A DNA stretch of 64,000 nt from an uncultured Alphaproteobacteria bacterium (GCA_902621165.1 CACNKX010000001.1:44839-108838), one strand, 5' to 3'. Shown: positions 36,465 through 45,567, counted from the first letter of the stretch. Translations and numbers: made by a program. Notes: generated from the letters alone by a model not told the origin.

Positions 36465-37483
36465 CACTTAATATTGCCAAGCCTAATCGCATTTTTTTGA
36501 GCTTTGATTGCCAATTCCATAACTTTTAAACAATGTGATTGATCCATTGCAGTACTAGTTCTGTTTACAACATCACCCATTAGTCTCTCAAAATATGTTA
36601 GGGGTTCTTTAGAAGCATTTTTATATTCATATTTTTTATTATTAACTAAAAAAAGGTGATCTGTACCCTCTCTACCAACAAGATCGACATACTTTCTTAA
36701 TTCAATGTATCCTTTTGTACCTAAAATGGTCAATCTGCCATCACCCCAATTAGGTAAAGCATCAGGGGTGTACCAGTCTACCCTAATGTAACCTCTACCC
36801 TTATCTCCATGAATTAAAATTTCACCAAAATCTTCAAACTTATTATGTTCAGGATTTGAAAAATTACCTGTTGAAGAATTTATAATTTCTACATTTTTAG
36901 ATCCAGTAAAAAATAAAAACTGATCTATTTGATGTGAAGCAATATCACATAAAATACCACCATATTGATCGTAATCAAAAAACCAATCAGGTCTAGTTTG
37001 AATATTCAATCGGTGAGGTCCCATTCCAATTGTTTGAACAACATCTCCAATTTCGCCCGATTGAATTAAATCATAGGCAGCTTGAACTGAAGGGACTTCA
37101 AATCTTTCAGAAAAATCAATTGAAAATATTTTTCCTGTTTTTTTTGTAGTATTTTCAATTTCTTTAAGCTGTTCTAAAGTTGTAAAACCAGGTTTATCTA
37201 ACATTACATCTTTCCCAGCATTCATGCACTCAATAGCTAAAGCTGCTCTTTTAACTGGAATGTCTGCTATCAATACTAATTCAATTTCTTTATTTTTTAA
37301 TAAATCCTCTTTATCTGTAAAGCGGGGTATATCAGGATGTTTTTCATTAAAATCTTTCGTAATATTATTATCCGTTTCATTCCACCAGCCAACACATTCA
37401 CATCCCAAATTTAACATGCCATTTAATTGTCCAAAAATGTGTCTATGCTCAACACCCATTGCAGCAACTTTAATTTTTCTCAT
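36464..37483 (-). CDS. Gfo/Idh/MocA-family oxidoreductase
   Basis: MRKIKVAAMGVEHRH, LDKPG, and the C-terminal alpha/beta domain. Confidence 0.8.
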   Translation of the reverse strand: MRKIKVAAMGVEHRHIFGQLNGMLNLGCECVGWWNETDNNITKDFNEKHPDIPRFTDKEDLLKNKEIELVLIADIPVKRAALAIECMNAGKDVMLDKPGFTTLEQLKEIENTTKKTGKIFSIDFSERFEVPSVQAAYDLIQSGEIGDVVQTIGMGPHRLNIQTRPDWFFDYDQYGGILCDIASHQIDQFLFFTGSKNVEIINSSTGNFSNPEHNKFEDFGEILIHGDKGRGYIRVDWYTPDALPNWGDGRLTILGTKGYIELRKYVDLVGREGTDHLFLVNNKKYEYKNASKEPLTYFERLMGDVVNRTSTAMDQSHCLKVMELAIKAQKNAIRLGNIK

Positions 37484-37494
37484 GATTAAATATT

Positions 37495-38523
37495 TTAGTC
37501 CATTGTAATTAGTATATTTTTTTTAGATGATTCTATCATTGCATCAATTAGATAATGAACTTTCAATGCTTCTTTTCCAGTAATTTCAAATTTTTTATTT
37601 GTATTAATTGATTTTGCAAAATTAAGTATAAGATCTTTATGCCAATCAAATGGAAAAGCCATAGGATCAGCACTACCGCCAGTTCCAGATTCCTCTCCAA
37701 ACTCTTCTTTTTTACCGTTCCTCCAATTAATAATAAGTGTTCCTGCTTCAAGTTTGACTGTTGCATTTTTACAATGAAGAACAATTGACTCTGATGAGCC
37801 TGGAAAAACGCTCGTTGAAGCGAATAAAGATGCAATTACGCTATTTTTAAATTTAATACCACCAGTTACAAAATTTTCTGACTCCATTTTATGAAACTTT
37901 GTAGTTTCCGCCATTACCATCACGTCTTTAACATCCCCTAAAAGACTGATAGCAAGATCAAGTGTATGAATAGCTTGGCTTATAAGAACTCCTCCACCAT
38001 CTCTCTTGTATGTTCCTCTACCTGGTTCATCATAATAGGACTGTTCTCGCCACCATGGAATATTGATTTGAGCTGAAAAAATTTGACCAAATTTATTCTC
38101 ATTTATTAATGATTTTAATTTAATTGAGGATTTTCTAAATCTGTGTTGAAAAACTATACCGAGGTTAACTTTATTATTTTCACAAATTGAAACTATACTT
38201 TTTGCATTTTCTAAAGTTCGTTCAATTGGTTTTTCCATTAAGATATGTTTTCCATGTTTACTAAATTGCTCTACTAGTTCTAAGCGTTGATTTGGAGGGG
38301 TGATGATATCCACCATTTCAACTTCAGGATTATCATAAATGCTATCAATGTCTTGAAATGAATTAAAATTATAATTTTTGGAAAAATTTTCTCTTTTTTC
38401 CTTATTTCGAGAAAAAACTCCAACTACATTAATATCATCCTTTAATTCATTTAAAGCCAAGGCATGGGGTTTTGCAGCCATACCCGTACCAATAATGGCA
38501 AGTCCAATTTTTTTAGAACTCAT
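37495..38523 (-). CDS. Gfo/Idh/MocA-family oxidoreductase
   Basis: IGLAIIGTGMAAKPH, MEKPIE and GGGVLISQAIHTLD. Confidence 0.85.
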   Translation of the reverse strand: MSSKKIGLAIIGTGMAAKPHALALNELKDDINVVGVFSRNKEKRENFSKNYNFNSFQDIDSIYDNPEVEMVDIITPPNQRLELVEQFSKHGKHILMEKPIERTLENAKSIVSICENNKVNLGIVFQHRFRKSSIKLKSLINENKFGQIFSAQINIPWWREQSYYDEPGRGTYKRDGGGVLISQAIHTLDLAISLLGDVKDVMVMAETTKFHKMESENFVTGGIKFKNSVIASLFASTSVFPGSSESIVLHCKNATVKLEAGTLIINWRNGKKEEFGEESGTGGSADPMAFPFDWHKDLILNFAKSINTNKKFEITGKEALKVHYLIDAMIESSKKNILITMD

Positions 38524-39605
38524 TAATTATTTTTTTTTGATACAGACATGCCATTCTCTTCAAAAAGATGAACTGAATCTCTTTTAAAACGAAGATATAA
38601 TTCTTCTCCCTTATTAATTTTATATTGCCCGGTATGATGAACAATTAATTGTTTTATTCCTTCACCCTGACAATAAAAGTAAGTTTCACTTCCGAGCTGT
38701 TCAGTAAAATCAACATGTACTTTCAAATCTGAATTTTGCTGTTCACAAACTTCTATATGTTCAGGCCTTATCCCAAGAGAATAAGGTGTATTATTTTGTA
38801 AATTTTTATGATTTGTTTGTAAATTCAATGCATCTGAAACTAAATTAAATGAACCAGACTTATCAATTGCATTAACTTTTATAAAATTCATTTTTGGAGA
38901 TCCAATGAAACCAGCTACAAAAATATCACTGGGATTATTATATAAATCAAGTGGTGCTCCTGCTTGTGCAACATAACCATTATTTAAAACTACTATTTGA
39001 TCAGCTAATGTCATTGCTTCAACTTGATCATGTGTAACATAAATCATTGTACCACCAATTTTTTCATGAAGTGCTGATAATTCTTTTCTCATTGTTACTC
39101 TTAACTCAGCATCAAGATTAGATAAGGGCTCATCAAACAAAAAGGCTTTTGGATCTCTAACTATTGCTCTTCCAATAGCTACTCTTTGTCTTTGACCACC
39201 AGAAAGTGCTTTTGGTTTTCTTTGAAGATACTCTTCAATTTGTAAAAGTTTAGCTGCGCTATTAACTTTTTCTTCAATTGTTTTTTTATCAATTTTTAAA
39301 TTTTCCAATGCAAAGGCCATATTTTTAAAAACAGACATGTGAGGATACAAAGCATATGATTGAAAAACCATAGCTAAACCTCTTTCTGAAGCGGGTATAT
39401 TACTTACTTCATTTCCGTCGATTAAAATTTCTCCTGATGTAATTCTTTCTAATCCAGCAATAATTCTTAATAATGTTGACTTACCACATCCAGAGGGGCC
39501 GACTAAAACTAGAAATTTTCCACTTTCAACTTTCAAATCAACTCCATGAATTACTTCTGTTTGATCATAACTTTTAAAAATGTCCTTTAATATGATTTCA
39601 GTCAT
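38523..39605 (-). CDS. Carbohydrate ABC transporter ATP-binding protein (MalK/UgpC-like, CUT1)
   Basis: Walker A GPSGCGKST, signature LSGGQRQRVAIGRA, and a C-terminal TOBE-like regulatory domain. 360 aa. Confidence 0.9.
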   Translation of the reverse strand: MTEIILKDIFKSYDQTEVIHGVDLKVESGKFLVLVGPSGCGKSTLLRIIAGLERITSGEILIDGNEVSNIPASERGLAMVFQSYALYPHMSVFKNMAFALENLKIDKKTIEEKVNSAAKLLQIEEYLQRKPKALSGGQRQRVAIGRAIVRDPKAFLFDEPLSNLDAELRVTMRKELSALHEKIGGTMIYVTHDQVEAMTLADQIVVLNNGYVAQAGAPLDLYNNPSDIFVAGFIGSPKMNFIKVNAIDKSGSFNLVSDALNLQTNHKNLQNNTPYSLGIRPEHIEVCEQQNSDLKVHVDFTEQLGSETYFYCQGEGIKQLIVHHTGQYKINKGEELYLRFKRDSVHLFEENGMSVSKKNN

Positions 39606-40615
39606 CTATCTCTTCTCATTATTGCTTTGTCAGGGTCAGCATGTTGTAAGTGTATAGGCGGCATCCCATTCAAGATTTTTTTTATATCATTCATCATCAT
39701 AACTCTTATATTTTTATATGAATAATCTAAAGCACCTGCAACATGTGAAGTAAATAAAATATTAGATTTTTTTCTAAAATTTGAATCTGCTGGCACAGGC
39801 TCGACTGGATATACATCTATAGCTGCTCTAAAATATTCATTTTCAGCAAGTTCAATAAATTCGTCAAAATCAACAACCTCCGCTCTACTGACTAGAATCA
39901 CTGAACTATTTTTTTTAATTAATTTTAATTTATCTTTACTAATAAATCCTTCATTTTCAGTAGTAACTCCAGCTAATATGAATATAAATTTATTGTTAGA
40001 TAATAAATCATCAATCGATACAGGGTTTACACCCTGGCTTTCTAAGTATTCATTAGATAACCATGGATCAAATACTGAAATTTTACAGTTAAATGGTTTT
40101 AACAAAGGAAGTAAACTTTTTGCTAAATTTCCAAACCCAATTAACCCAACATTTGAGTTAAAAAGTGTATAAGCAAATTTATTTTCTTTAATTCCATATT
40201 GCTCTTCAGAATTTAAAAATTTTTTATAAACTCCCAAAACATTTCTAGAAAGTGAGATTGCGTAACCTATACAAGCTTCAGCAACAGCAGGAGCCATGGC
40301 AGGTGCAGCTGATAAAACATAAATACCTCTTCTATGTGCTTCATGATAATCAATATTCGGTTCCCAATTTGCTTTGACATTTATAATTGCTTTAATTTTT
40401 TTTGATTTATCTAAACGTTCTTTAGGCATAGCAGTCTGTCCAACTAATATTTCAATTTCTTCAATATTTTTATCTACAAGTTCATCAGGAGCTCGACTAC
40501 CAAAGTGATAGATTAAATTAGATATTTTTTCTAATTCAGTCTTAACATCATTGGTAAAAACCATTTCTTCATTTCTTGGATAAGGATCAAAAAAAATTAG
40601 AGGTTTGTCTTGCAT
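39602..40615 (-). CDS. D-isomer-specific 2-hydroxyacid dehydrogenase family protein
   Basis: NAD motif VGLIGFGNLAKS plus the C-terminal FTSHVAG. I prefer the ATG at 40615 (MQDKPLIFF), a TAATG overlap with the permease stop. The longer track ORF (to 40726) would overlap the permease by 112 nt. Confidence 0.8.
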   Translation of the reverse strand: MQDKPLIFFDPYPRNEEMVFTNDVKTELEKISNLIYHFGSRAPDELVDKNIEEIEILVGQTAMPKERLDKSKKIKAIINVKANWEPNIDYHEAHRRGIYVLSAAPAMAPAVAEACIGYAISLSRNVLGVYKKFLNSEEQYGIKENKFAYTLFNSNVGLIGFGNLAKSLLPLLKPFNCKISVFDPWLSNEYLESQGVNPVSIDDLLSNNKFIFILAGVTTENEGFISKDKLKLIKKNSSVILVSRAEVVDFDEFIELAENEYFRAAIDVYPVEPVPADSNFRKKSNILFTSHVAGALDYSYKNIRVMMMNDIKKILNGMPPIHLQHADPDKAIMRRDR

Positions 40616-41679
40616 TATTTCATACCTGTACTTGCTATTCCTGTTGTTATAAATTTTTGTAAGTAAGCAAATATAATTGCTATAGGTAATAAAGTTACCA
40701 TAGTCATTGATAATACATAATTCCACTGACTAGTAAGTTCTCCATGAAATGCGTTTAATCCAATTTGCAATGTATAAACTTCACTTTTTGATAAAACTAT
40801 TAAAGGCCATAAGAAATCATTCCATCTCCACATTATGGAAAAAATTGCTAAAACTGCAATAGCAGGTATAGATAAAGGTAGAACAACTCGCCAATAAATT
40901 GCCCATTCACTTGCGTGATCCATTCTTGCTGCTTCTATAAGCTCTCTAGGCAATGTAAGCATATATTGACGAAGTAAAAAAACTCCTGTTGGTGTTGCGG
41001 CACCTGGAAGAATTACACCCCATAATGAATTTATCATTCCAAAGTTTGCAACAACATAAAAAACTGGAACCAAAATTATCGTTAATGGAATTAATAATGT
41101 ACCTATAACAAAAACAAGTGCAAAATTTTTCCCTCTAAACTCATATATAGAAAGTGCATATGCTGCCATTGAATTTATTATTAACGTTATTATTGTTGCT
41201 ACAACAGTAATGAAAGTTGAGTTTTTGAAATAAAGTAAAAAATCATACTTTCTTAAAGGATCAACATAGTTTTGCCACTGAATTTTAAATTCTCTAATTT
41301 TTTCTCTTTTATCAATCGGTACTTTTACTGTTTCTCCTGGGTTTAGAGGATCAACCATTTTAGCATTAATTCCAATTCTTTTAATTTGTGCTAACTGCTT
41401 TACTGAACCATCTTCTTGTGTCACATTAAAAATTGGTAAGGGTTTATCGTATCCTTCAACATCAACTTGAATTTGAGAAAGTGGTAAAATTGTTGGAGGA
41501 TATTCTTGTATACCTGCTAATGTCTTTAATGAAGATAATCCTAACCACACAACAGGACCAAACATTAAAAGAACACCTAGAAATAAATAAAAATAAGAAA
41601 AATAATCTGTCCAATGATATTTATTTTTATATCTTTTTTTTGTAGCAATTTTTATTATTCTTGAAGTTGTTTCAGACAT
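40615..41679 (-). CDS. Carbohydrate ABC transporter permease (CUT1, MalG/UgpE-like)
   Basis: Polytopic. EAA-loop region ELIEAARMDHASEWAIYWRVVLPL. Confidence 0.88.
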   Translation of the reverse strand: MSETTSRIIKIATKKRYKNKYHWTDYFSYFYLFLGVLLMFGPVVWLGLSSLKTLAGIQEYPPTILPLSQIQVDVEGYDKPLPIFNVTQEDGSVKQLAQIKRIGINAKMVDPLNPGETVKVPIDKREKIREFKIQWQNYVDPLRKYDFLLYFKNSTFITVVATIITLIINSMAAYALSIYEFRGKNFALVFVIGTLLIPLTIILVPVFYVVANFGMINSLWGVILPGAATPTGVFLLRQYMLTLPRELIEAARMDHASEWAIYWRVVLPLSIPAIAVLAIFSIMWRWNDFLWPLIVLSKSEVYTLQIGLNAFHGELTSQWNYVLSMTMVTLLPIAIIFAYLQKFITTGIASTGMK

Positions 41680-41680
41680 A

Positions 41681-42712
41681 TTAGATTTCTTGATGTTTAC
41701 TTTCTTTATTTCGACTGAAATATAATTGCATAAGTGTTAAAAATAAAAGTACAACACCGAGAACCATAGATGCGGCGGCTGCAAGACCAAAATTTTGAAC
41801 AGATCCAGATGAAGCAAATCCTGTGGTAAAAATATATTGAACAATCAATGATGTAGATGTTCCAGGCCCTCCACCAGTTAAAACATATATTTCATCAAAT
41901 GTTTGAACACCTTTTATTGAGGCAAGAATAAATACAACTAATAAATTTGGCATTAGAAGAGGTAGAGTTATTCGAAAGAAAATTCTTTCTCGGCTAGTTC
42001 CATCCATTTCGGCTGCCTCATATAAATTTGGAGGTATTGCTTGAAGACCCGCTAATACAATCAGAGTGTAAAAACCCATATGGGCCCATATTGATACAAA
42101 GATTACAGATGCCATAGCCCATGATGGATCCGTTAAAAATGATACTTTGTCTCCACCATAAGATTCAATTATAGCATTGAAAGCTCCATTTTTTAGCAGT
42201 ATCCATTGCCAAATCAAACCAACAACAACTGGTGACAATAAAACAGGGAAAAAAAATACCGATCTAAAAAAGCCTCTGCCAATAATTTTCTTATTTAATA
42301 TCACGGCAGTCAAAACCGAAAAGAAAATCATTAAGCCAACTTGAAAAACAACAAAGAATATAGTGTTATAAACTCCTCTCCAAAAAAAATCTTCTGTACA
42401 TGTATTTGGGTTTAAATAACTCTCACAATCAAATAACTGATCATATTGTTTTGTTGTAGGAAGTTCTCTCTCAGCAAATAACAGTTCGTCACCAGATGAT
42501 AATGAAAAGAAAAAGTTTGCACCAAGAGGGATTATTACAAATAATCCAAAAAAAATTAAATTTGGAAGCAAAAAAATATATGGCATATTTCTTACACCAA
42601 TAATTTTTTGAATTGGCCACATGATTAAATCAATAGCATGCATTAAAAATGCAAAGGGAATGTTTAAAATTCTAAGGAAAAAAATTTTTGTTTGATTTCT
42701 AATATTTTCCAT
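41681..42712 (-). CDS. Carbohydrate ABC transporter permease (CUT1, MalF/UgpA-like)
   Basis: EAA loop YEAAEMDGTSRERIFFRITLPLL. 343 aa. Confidence 0.88.
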   Translation of the reverse strand: MENIRNQTKIFFLRILNIPFAFLMHAIDLIMWPIQKIIGVRNMPYIFLLPNLIFFGLFVIIPLGANFFFSLSSGDELLFAERELPTTKQYDQLFDCESYLNPNTCTEDFFWRGVYNTIFFVVFQVGLMIFFSVLTAVILNKKIIGRGFFRSVFFFPVLLSPVVVGLIWQWILLKNGAFNAIIESYGGDKVSFLTDPSWAMASVIFVSIWAHMGFYTLIVLAGLQAIPPNLYEAAEMDGTSRERIFFRITLPLLMPNLLVVFILASIKGVQTFDEIYVLTGGGPGTSTSLIVQYIFTTGFASSGSVQNFGLAAAASMVLGVVLLFLTLMQLYFSRNKESKHQEI

Positions 42713-42723
42713 TAAATGATTTC

Positions 42724-42753
42724 GAAAAAAAGCTGCTCAAAATGAGCAGCTTT
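42724..42753 (-). terminator. Intrinsic terminator/attenuator hairpin between the binding-protein and permease genes
   Basis: Minus strand reads AAAGCTGCTC-ATTTT-GAGCAGCTTT followed by TTTTTC, 24 nt after the binding-protein stop. Confidence 0.7.
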
Positions 42754-42777
42754 ATATTATTATTATTTTGGATGTAA

Positions 42778-44058
42778 TTATCCGCCGTATTTTTCTTTAA
42801 GTTGTTTTTCAACATCTTCATCCATACGCGTCCAAGCTTCTTCCATTGTCATTTCACCAACAATAGCTTGTCCTAATCTTGAGATAATTGCGTTAAACAT
42901 TATACGGTTGTCAACGTGTGCCTGAAGATCAAAAGCGACTTGATCAATAGTTGGCACTGCGCCAGCAAAAGTGTTTAATGCATGTTTTGCGTTTGGATCA
43001 TCAGTTTGATAGTCAACTTGTAGATCTAAGTGTCCAGGGATAGCAAGAACTTGACCAATAAAACTACTTAGTTGTTCTTTACTAGAAAGATAATCCATTA
43101 CCTTTCCAACAGCTGGATTAGCATTGAATGCTAATAGTGCATTTCCACCTGGCATTCCAGTACATGCAGCAGGACCACATGGAGCTGGTACAGCCCACCA
43201 ATCAAAATCATCTCCTACTTCATTTGCAAATCTTCCAATTTGCCATGAACCACTCATCATGAAAACTACCTCAGCAGCATTCCACCAATCATTTGGAGCA
43301 TGATATTTAGATCCTGAAACTGATCCCCAAAGATCTTTACTCATTGTACCTGCTTGGTGCCAGTCATAAAGCATTTGAGTCATAGCTTTTAATCCATCAT
43401 CAACTAATTTTGGATCACCATTTGAATCAAAATATTTCGCACCCATAGAAATCGCAGGGCCTGATACACGGTGACCTGATCTATCCCAAGCCATTGGTAT
43501 AGGAGTACCTGTTTTTTCTGCTACTTCAATTGAAACTGCTGCCCATTCTTCCCAAGTTGCACCAGGGCCTAATAGATCTACACCAGCTTGTTCAAATAGA
43601 GTTTTATTTACATATGGACCAGTAACGGTCATTGTAGAATGGAAACCATGAATTGAAGTTGTGTCTCCAGGCTTACGATACCAATTTAAAAAAGGACCGA
43701 AGCTTTTTTCATAGTAACTTGGATCAGCTACATAAGGCGTAATATCAGCATAATATTTGTTTAATCCACCAAGATCAGTAACACGAGCAATGTCAGGACC
43801 TTCACCAGCAGCAAGCTGGATAGGTAGAGTGTTCATTATTGCATCATATGGTACAATATCTAAAATTACATTTATATCTGGATTAGCTGCATTAAACTCA
43901 TCAATTTGTGCTGCAATTGGCACATTTTCTTTGTCTCCATCTCCATACCACATAATACGTACATCTGTGGCAGCAAAAGAAACTGCAGAAATTAAAGTTA
44001 ATGAGAATGAAACTAAAGCTACAGATATTGCTTTTAAAATAAACTTAAAGTTCATCAT
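42778..44058 (-). CDS. Extracellular solute-binding protein family 1 (CUT1 carbohydrate-binding protein)
   Basis: Signal peptide ...LTLISAVSFAA. 426 aa, typical SBP_bac_1 size and composition. GGAGGA SD upstream. Visibly higher G+C than flanking genes. Confidence 0.85.
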   Translation of the reverse strand: MMNFKFILKAISVALVSFSLTLISAVSFAATDVRIMWYGDGDKENVPIAAQIDEFNAANPDINVILDIVPYDAIMNTLPIQLAAGEGPDIARVTDLGGLNKYYADITPYVADPSYYEKSFGPFLNWYRKPGDTTSIHGFHSTMTVTGPYVNKTLFEQAGVDLLGPGATWEEWAAVSIEVAEKTGTPIPMAWDRSGHRVSGPAISMGAKYFDSNGDPKLVDDGLKAMTQMLYDWHQAGTMSKDLWGSVSGSKYHAPNDWWNAAEVVFMMSGSWQIGRFANEVGDDFDWWAVPAPCGPAACTGMPGGNALLAFNANPAVGKVMDYLSSKEQLSSFIGQVLAIPGHLDLQVDYQTDDPNAKHALNTFAGAVPTIDQVAFDLQAHVDNRIMFNAIISRLGQAIVGEMTMEEAWTRMDEDVEKQLKEKYGG

Positions 44059-44193
44059 TTATCCTCCAATTTTTTTCAGACTTAAACATATTAAATTATT
44101 ATATACAAGTAATAAAAACCTAGAAATAATAGCAAATTTTGAAATTAAATAATAATATTTTGTAAAAAAATATTATAAACATATCAAAATTCA
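44059..44193. promoter_or_regulatory. Divergent promoter region between the CUT1 operon and the FucI-like isomerase (inferred)
   Basis: 135-nt AT-rich spacer between divergent genes. It contains only an AT-only imperfect palindrome (44152-44176). Confidence 0.35.
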
Positions 44194-45567
44194 ATGATTG
44201 GTTATTTAGCATTAGCAAGAAATACATTTGATATAAATTATGCTTTAGATAATAAAAAAAAGTTTGAAAAATTTATAGATATTTTAGACATTAAATACTC
44301 ACATTTTAAAGAATTAATTACAGATGATGAAACAGGAAAAAAAGCTATTAGATATTTTAAAAAACTAAATTGTAGCAAATATATTATTGCTCAAACAACT
44401 TTCACTGATGCAAAATTTATAACAAGTTTTGCTAAAACATTTAATAAACCAATACATTTAATAAGTTTTAAAGAGCCGAGAACAGGTAAACGGTTAAGAT
44501 TGAACTCTTTATGTGGTGTAAATCTTGCTATGCATTCTTTAGTTAAATTAAAATGTAAGCCAGAATTTTCAATATTTATTAATAATAAATTATTCGAAAT
44601 GGAAAAAATTAATAATTTTTTAAAAAATAAAAAAATTTTAAAAAATAATACATTGAAAAAAATAAAAAATTCTAAAAAGAAAGATGACATTATTTTTTCA
44701 AAAAAAAAGAATTTAGGACTTGTTGGAAAAAGACCAGATGGATTTTTTACCTGTGATTATGATAATAGAGAAATAGAAAAAAAATTAAATTATAGTCTTA
44801 AGAAAATTAAATTAGAAACTTTGTTTAAAATTTCTAAAAATGTTAGCACTAAAGATATTTCAAAAACTAAAAATCAAATAAAAAAAGATTTGAAATCAGT
44901 CTCTAAGTTGAATGCAAATGAATTAAATAAAAGTATTTCAATTTTTCATGGGTTAGAAAAAATAAAAAATGATAACAAAATTGATACTTTTGCAATTAAG
45001 TGTTGGCCTGAAATGTTTACTCAATTTGGATGTGCATCATGTGGTCCAATGGCTATGATGAATGAAAAGGGAGTTAGCAGTGCATGTGAAGCTGATGTAT
45101 TAGGAAGTATAAGTTGCGATATTTTAAATAAGATAAATAACAGACCGTCACTTTTAGTAGATGTTGTTGATTGTGATCCCAAAACTGATACTTTAGTTTT
45201 TTGGCATTGTGGATTAGCTCCAATTAGTATGGCAAAAAAAAATACAGCAAGTGCAACTGTACATTCTAATAGAAGGAAAGCATTGCTACATGATTTTGCA
45301 TTTAGACCTGGAAAAATAACAATATTTAGAGTTTCAAAATCAGAAAACAAATTAAAATTTATTGTTATTAAAGGTGAAGTTTTAGATAAAAAAAATTCAT
45401 TTTCAGGTACTTCGGGTGTTGTGAGATTTCAAACAAATACCTATCAAAAATTAGTTAGATTATTCACGTCTGGTGTCGAACATCATCTAGCATTCACATA
45501 TGGAGATGTATATTCAGAAATAAAAAAACTAAGTGCGCAATTAAATATTCCAATTTACACAACATGA
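44194..45567 (+). CDS. L-fucose/D-arabinose isomerase family protein (FucI-like) with a K/N-rich insertion
   Basis: The C-terminal half, KCWPEMF...CGPMAMMNEKGVSSACEADVLGSIS...VFWHCG...GVEHHLAFTYGD, is typical of the Fucose_iso/Arabinose_iso fold. A low-complexity KN-rich segment spans about aa 125-175. Confidence 0.65.
   Translation: MIGYLALARNTFDINYALDNKKKFEKFIDILDIKYSHFKELITDDETGKKAIRYFKKLNCSKYIIAQTTFTDAKFITSFAKTFNKPIHLISFKEPRTGKRLRLNSLCGVNLAMHSLVKLKCKPEFSIFINNKLFEMEKINNFLKNKKILKNNTLKKIKNSKKKDDIIFSKKKNLGLVGKRPDGFFTCDYDNREIEKKLNYSLKKIKLETLFKISKNVSTKDISKTKNQIKKDLKSVSKLNANELNKSISIFHGLEKIKNDNKIDTFAIKCWPEMFTQFGCASCGPMAMMNEKGVSSACEADVLGSISCDILNKINNRPSLLVDVVDCDPKTDTLVFWHCGLAPISMAKKNTASATVHSNRRKALLHDFAFRPGKITIFRVSKSENKLKFIVIKGEVLDKKNSFSGTSGVVRFQTNTYQKLVRLFTSGVEHHLAFTYGDVYSEIKKLSAQLNIPIYTT

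Noticed and set aside
33390-38523. Simple annotation of the Gfo/Idh/MocA + TIM-barrel genes as a myo-inositol (iol) catabolic cluster
   Set aside because: The window has no IolD-type three-domain ThDP hydrolase, no IolB and no IolA/MmsA, and this sub-cluster has no adjacent IolC/IolJ. It is kept only as the main alternative hypothesis.
43757-44152. 131-aa ORF antisense to the 5' end of the CUT1 binding-protein gene, extending into the spacer
   Set aside because: It overlaps the signal-peptide region of a confident gene and would occupy the divergent promoter. No domain or RBS is present.
44152-44176. Inverted repeat ATAATATTTT-N5-AAAATATTAT just upstream of the FucI-like gene
   Set aside because: It consists only of A/T in a spacer that is almost pure A/T. 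Arms of this length are expected by chance, so I do not treat it as an operator.
44560-44720. Lys/Asn-rich low-complexity stretch with A-runs inside the FucI-like gene, as a possible slippage/phase-variation tract or a separate element
   Set aside because: The reading frame is intact through it. Similar K/N-rich linkers occur in several other proteins here (UxuA, UxuB, kinase), consistent with AT-driven compositional drift rather than a discrete feature.
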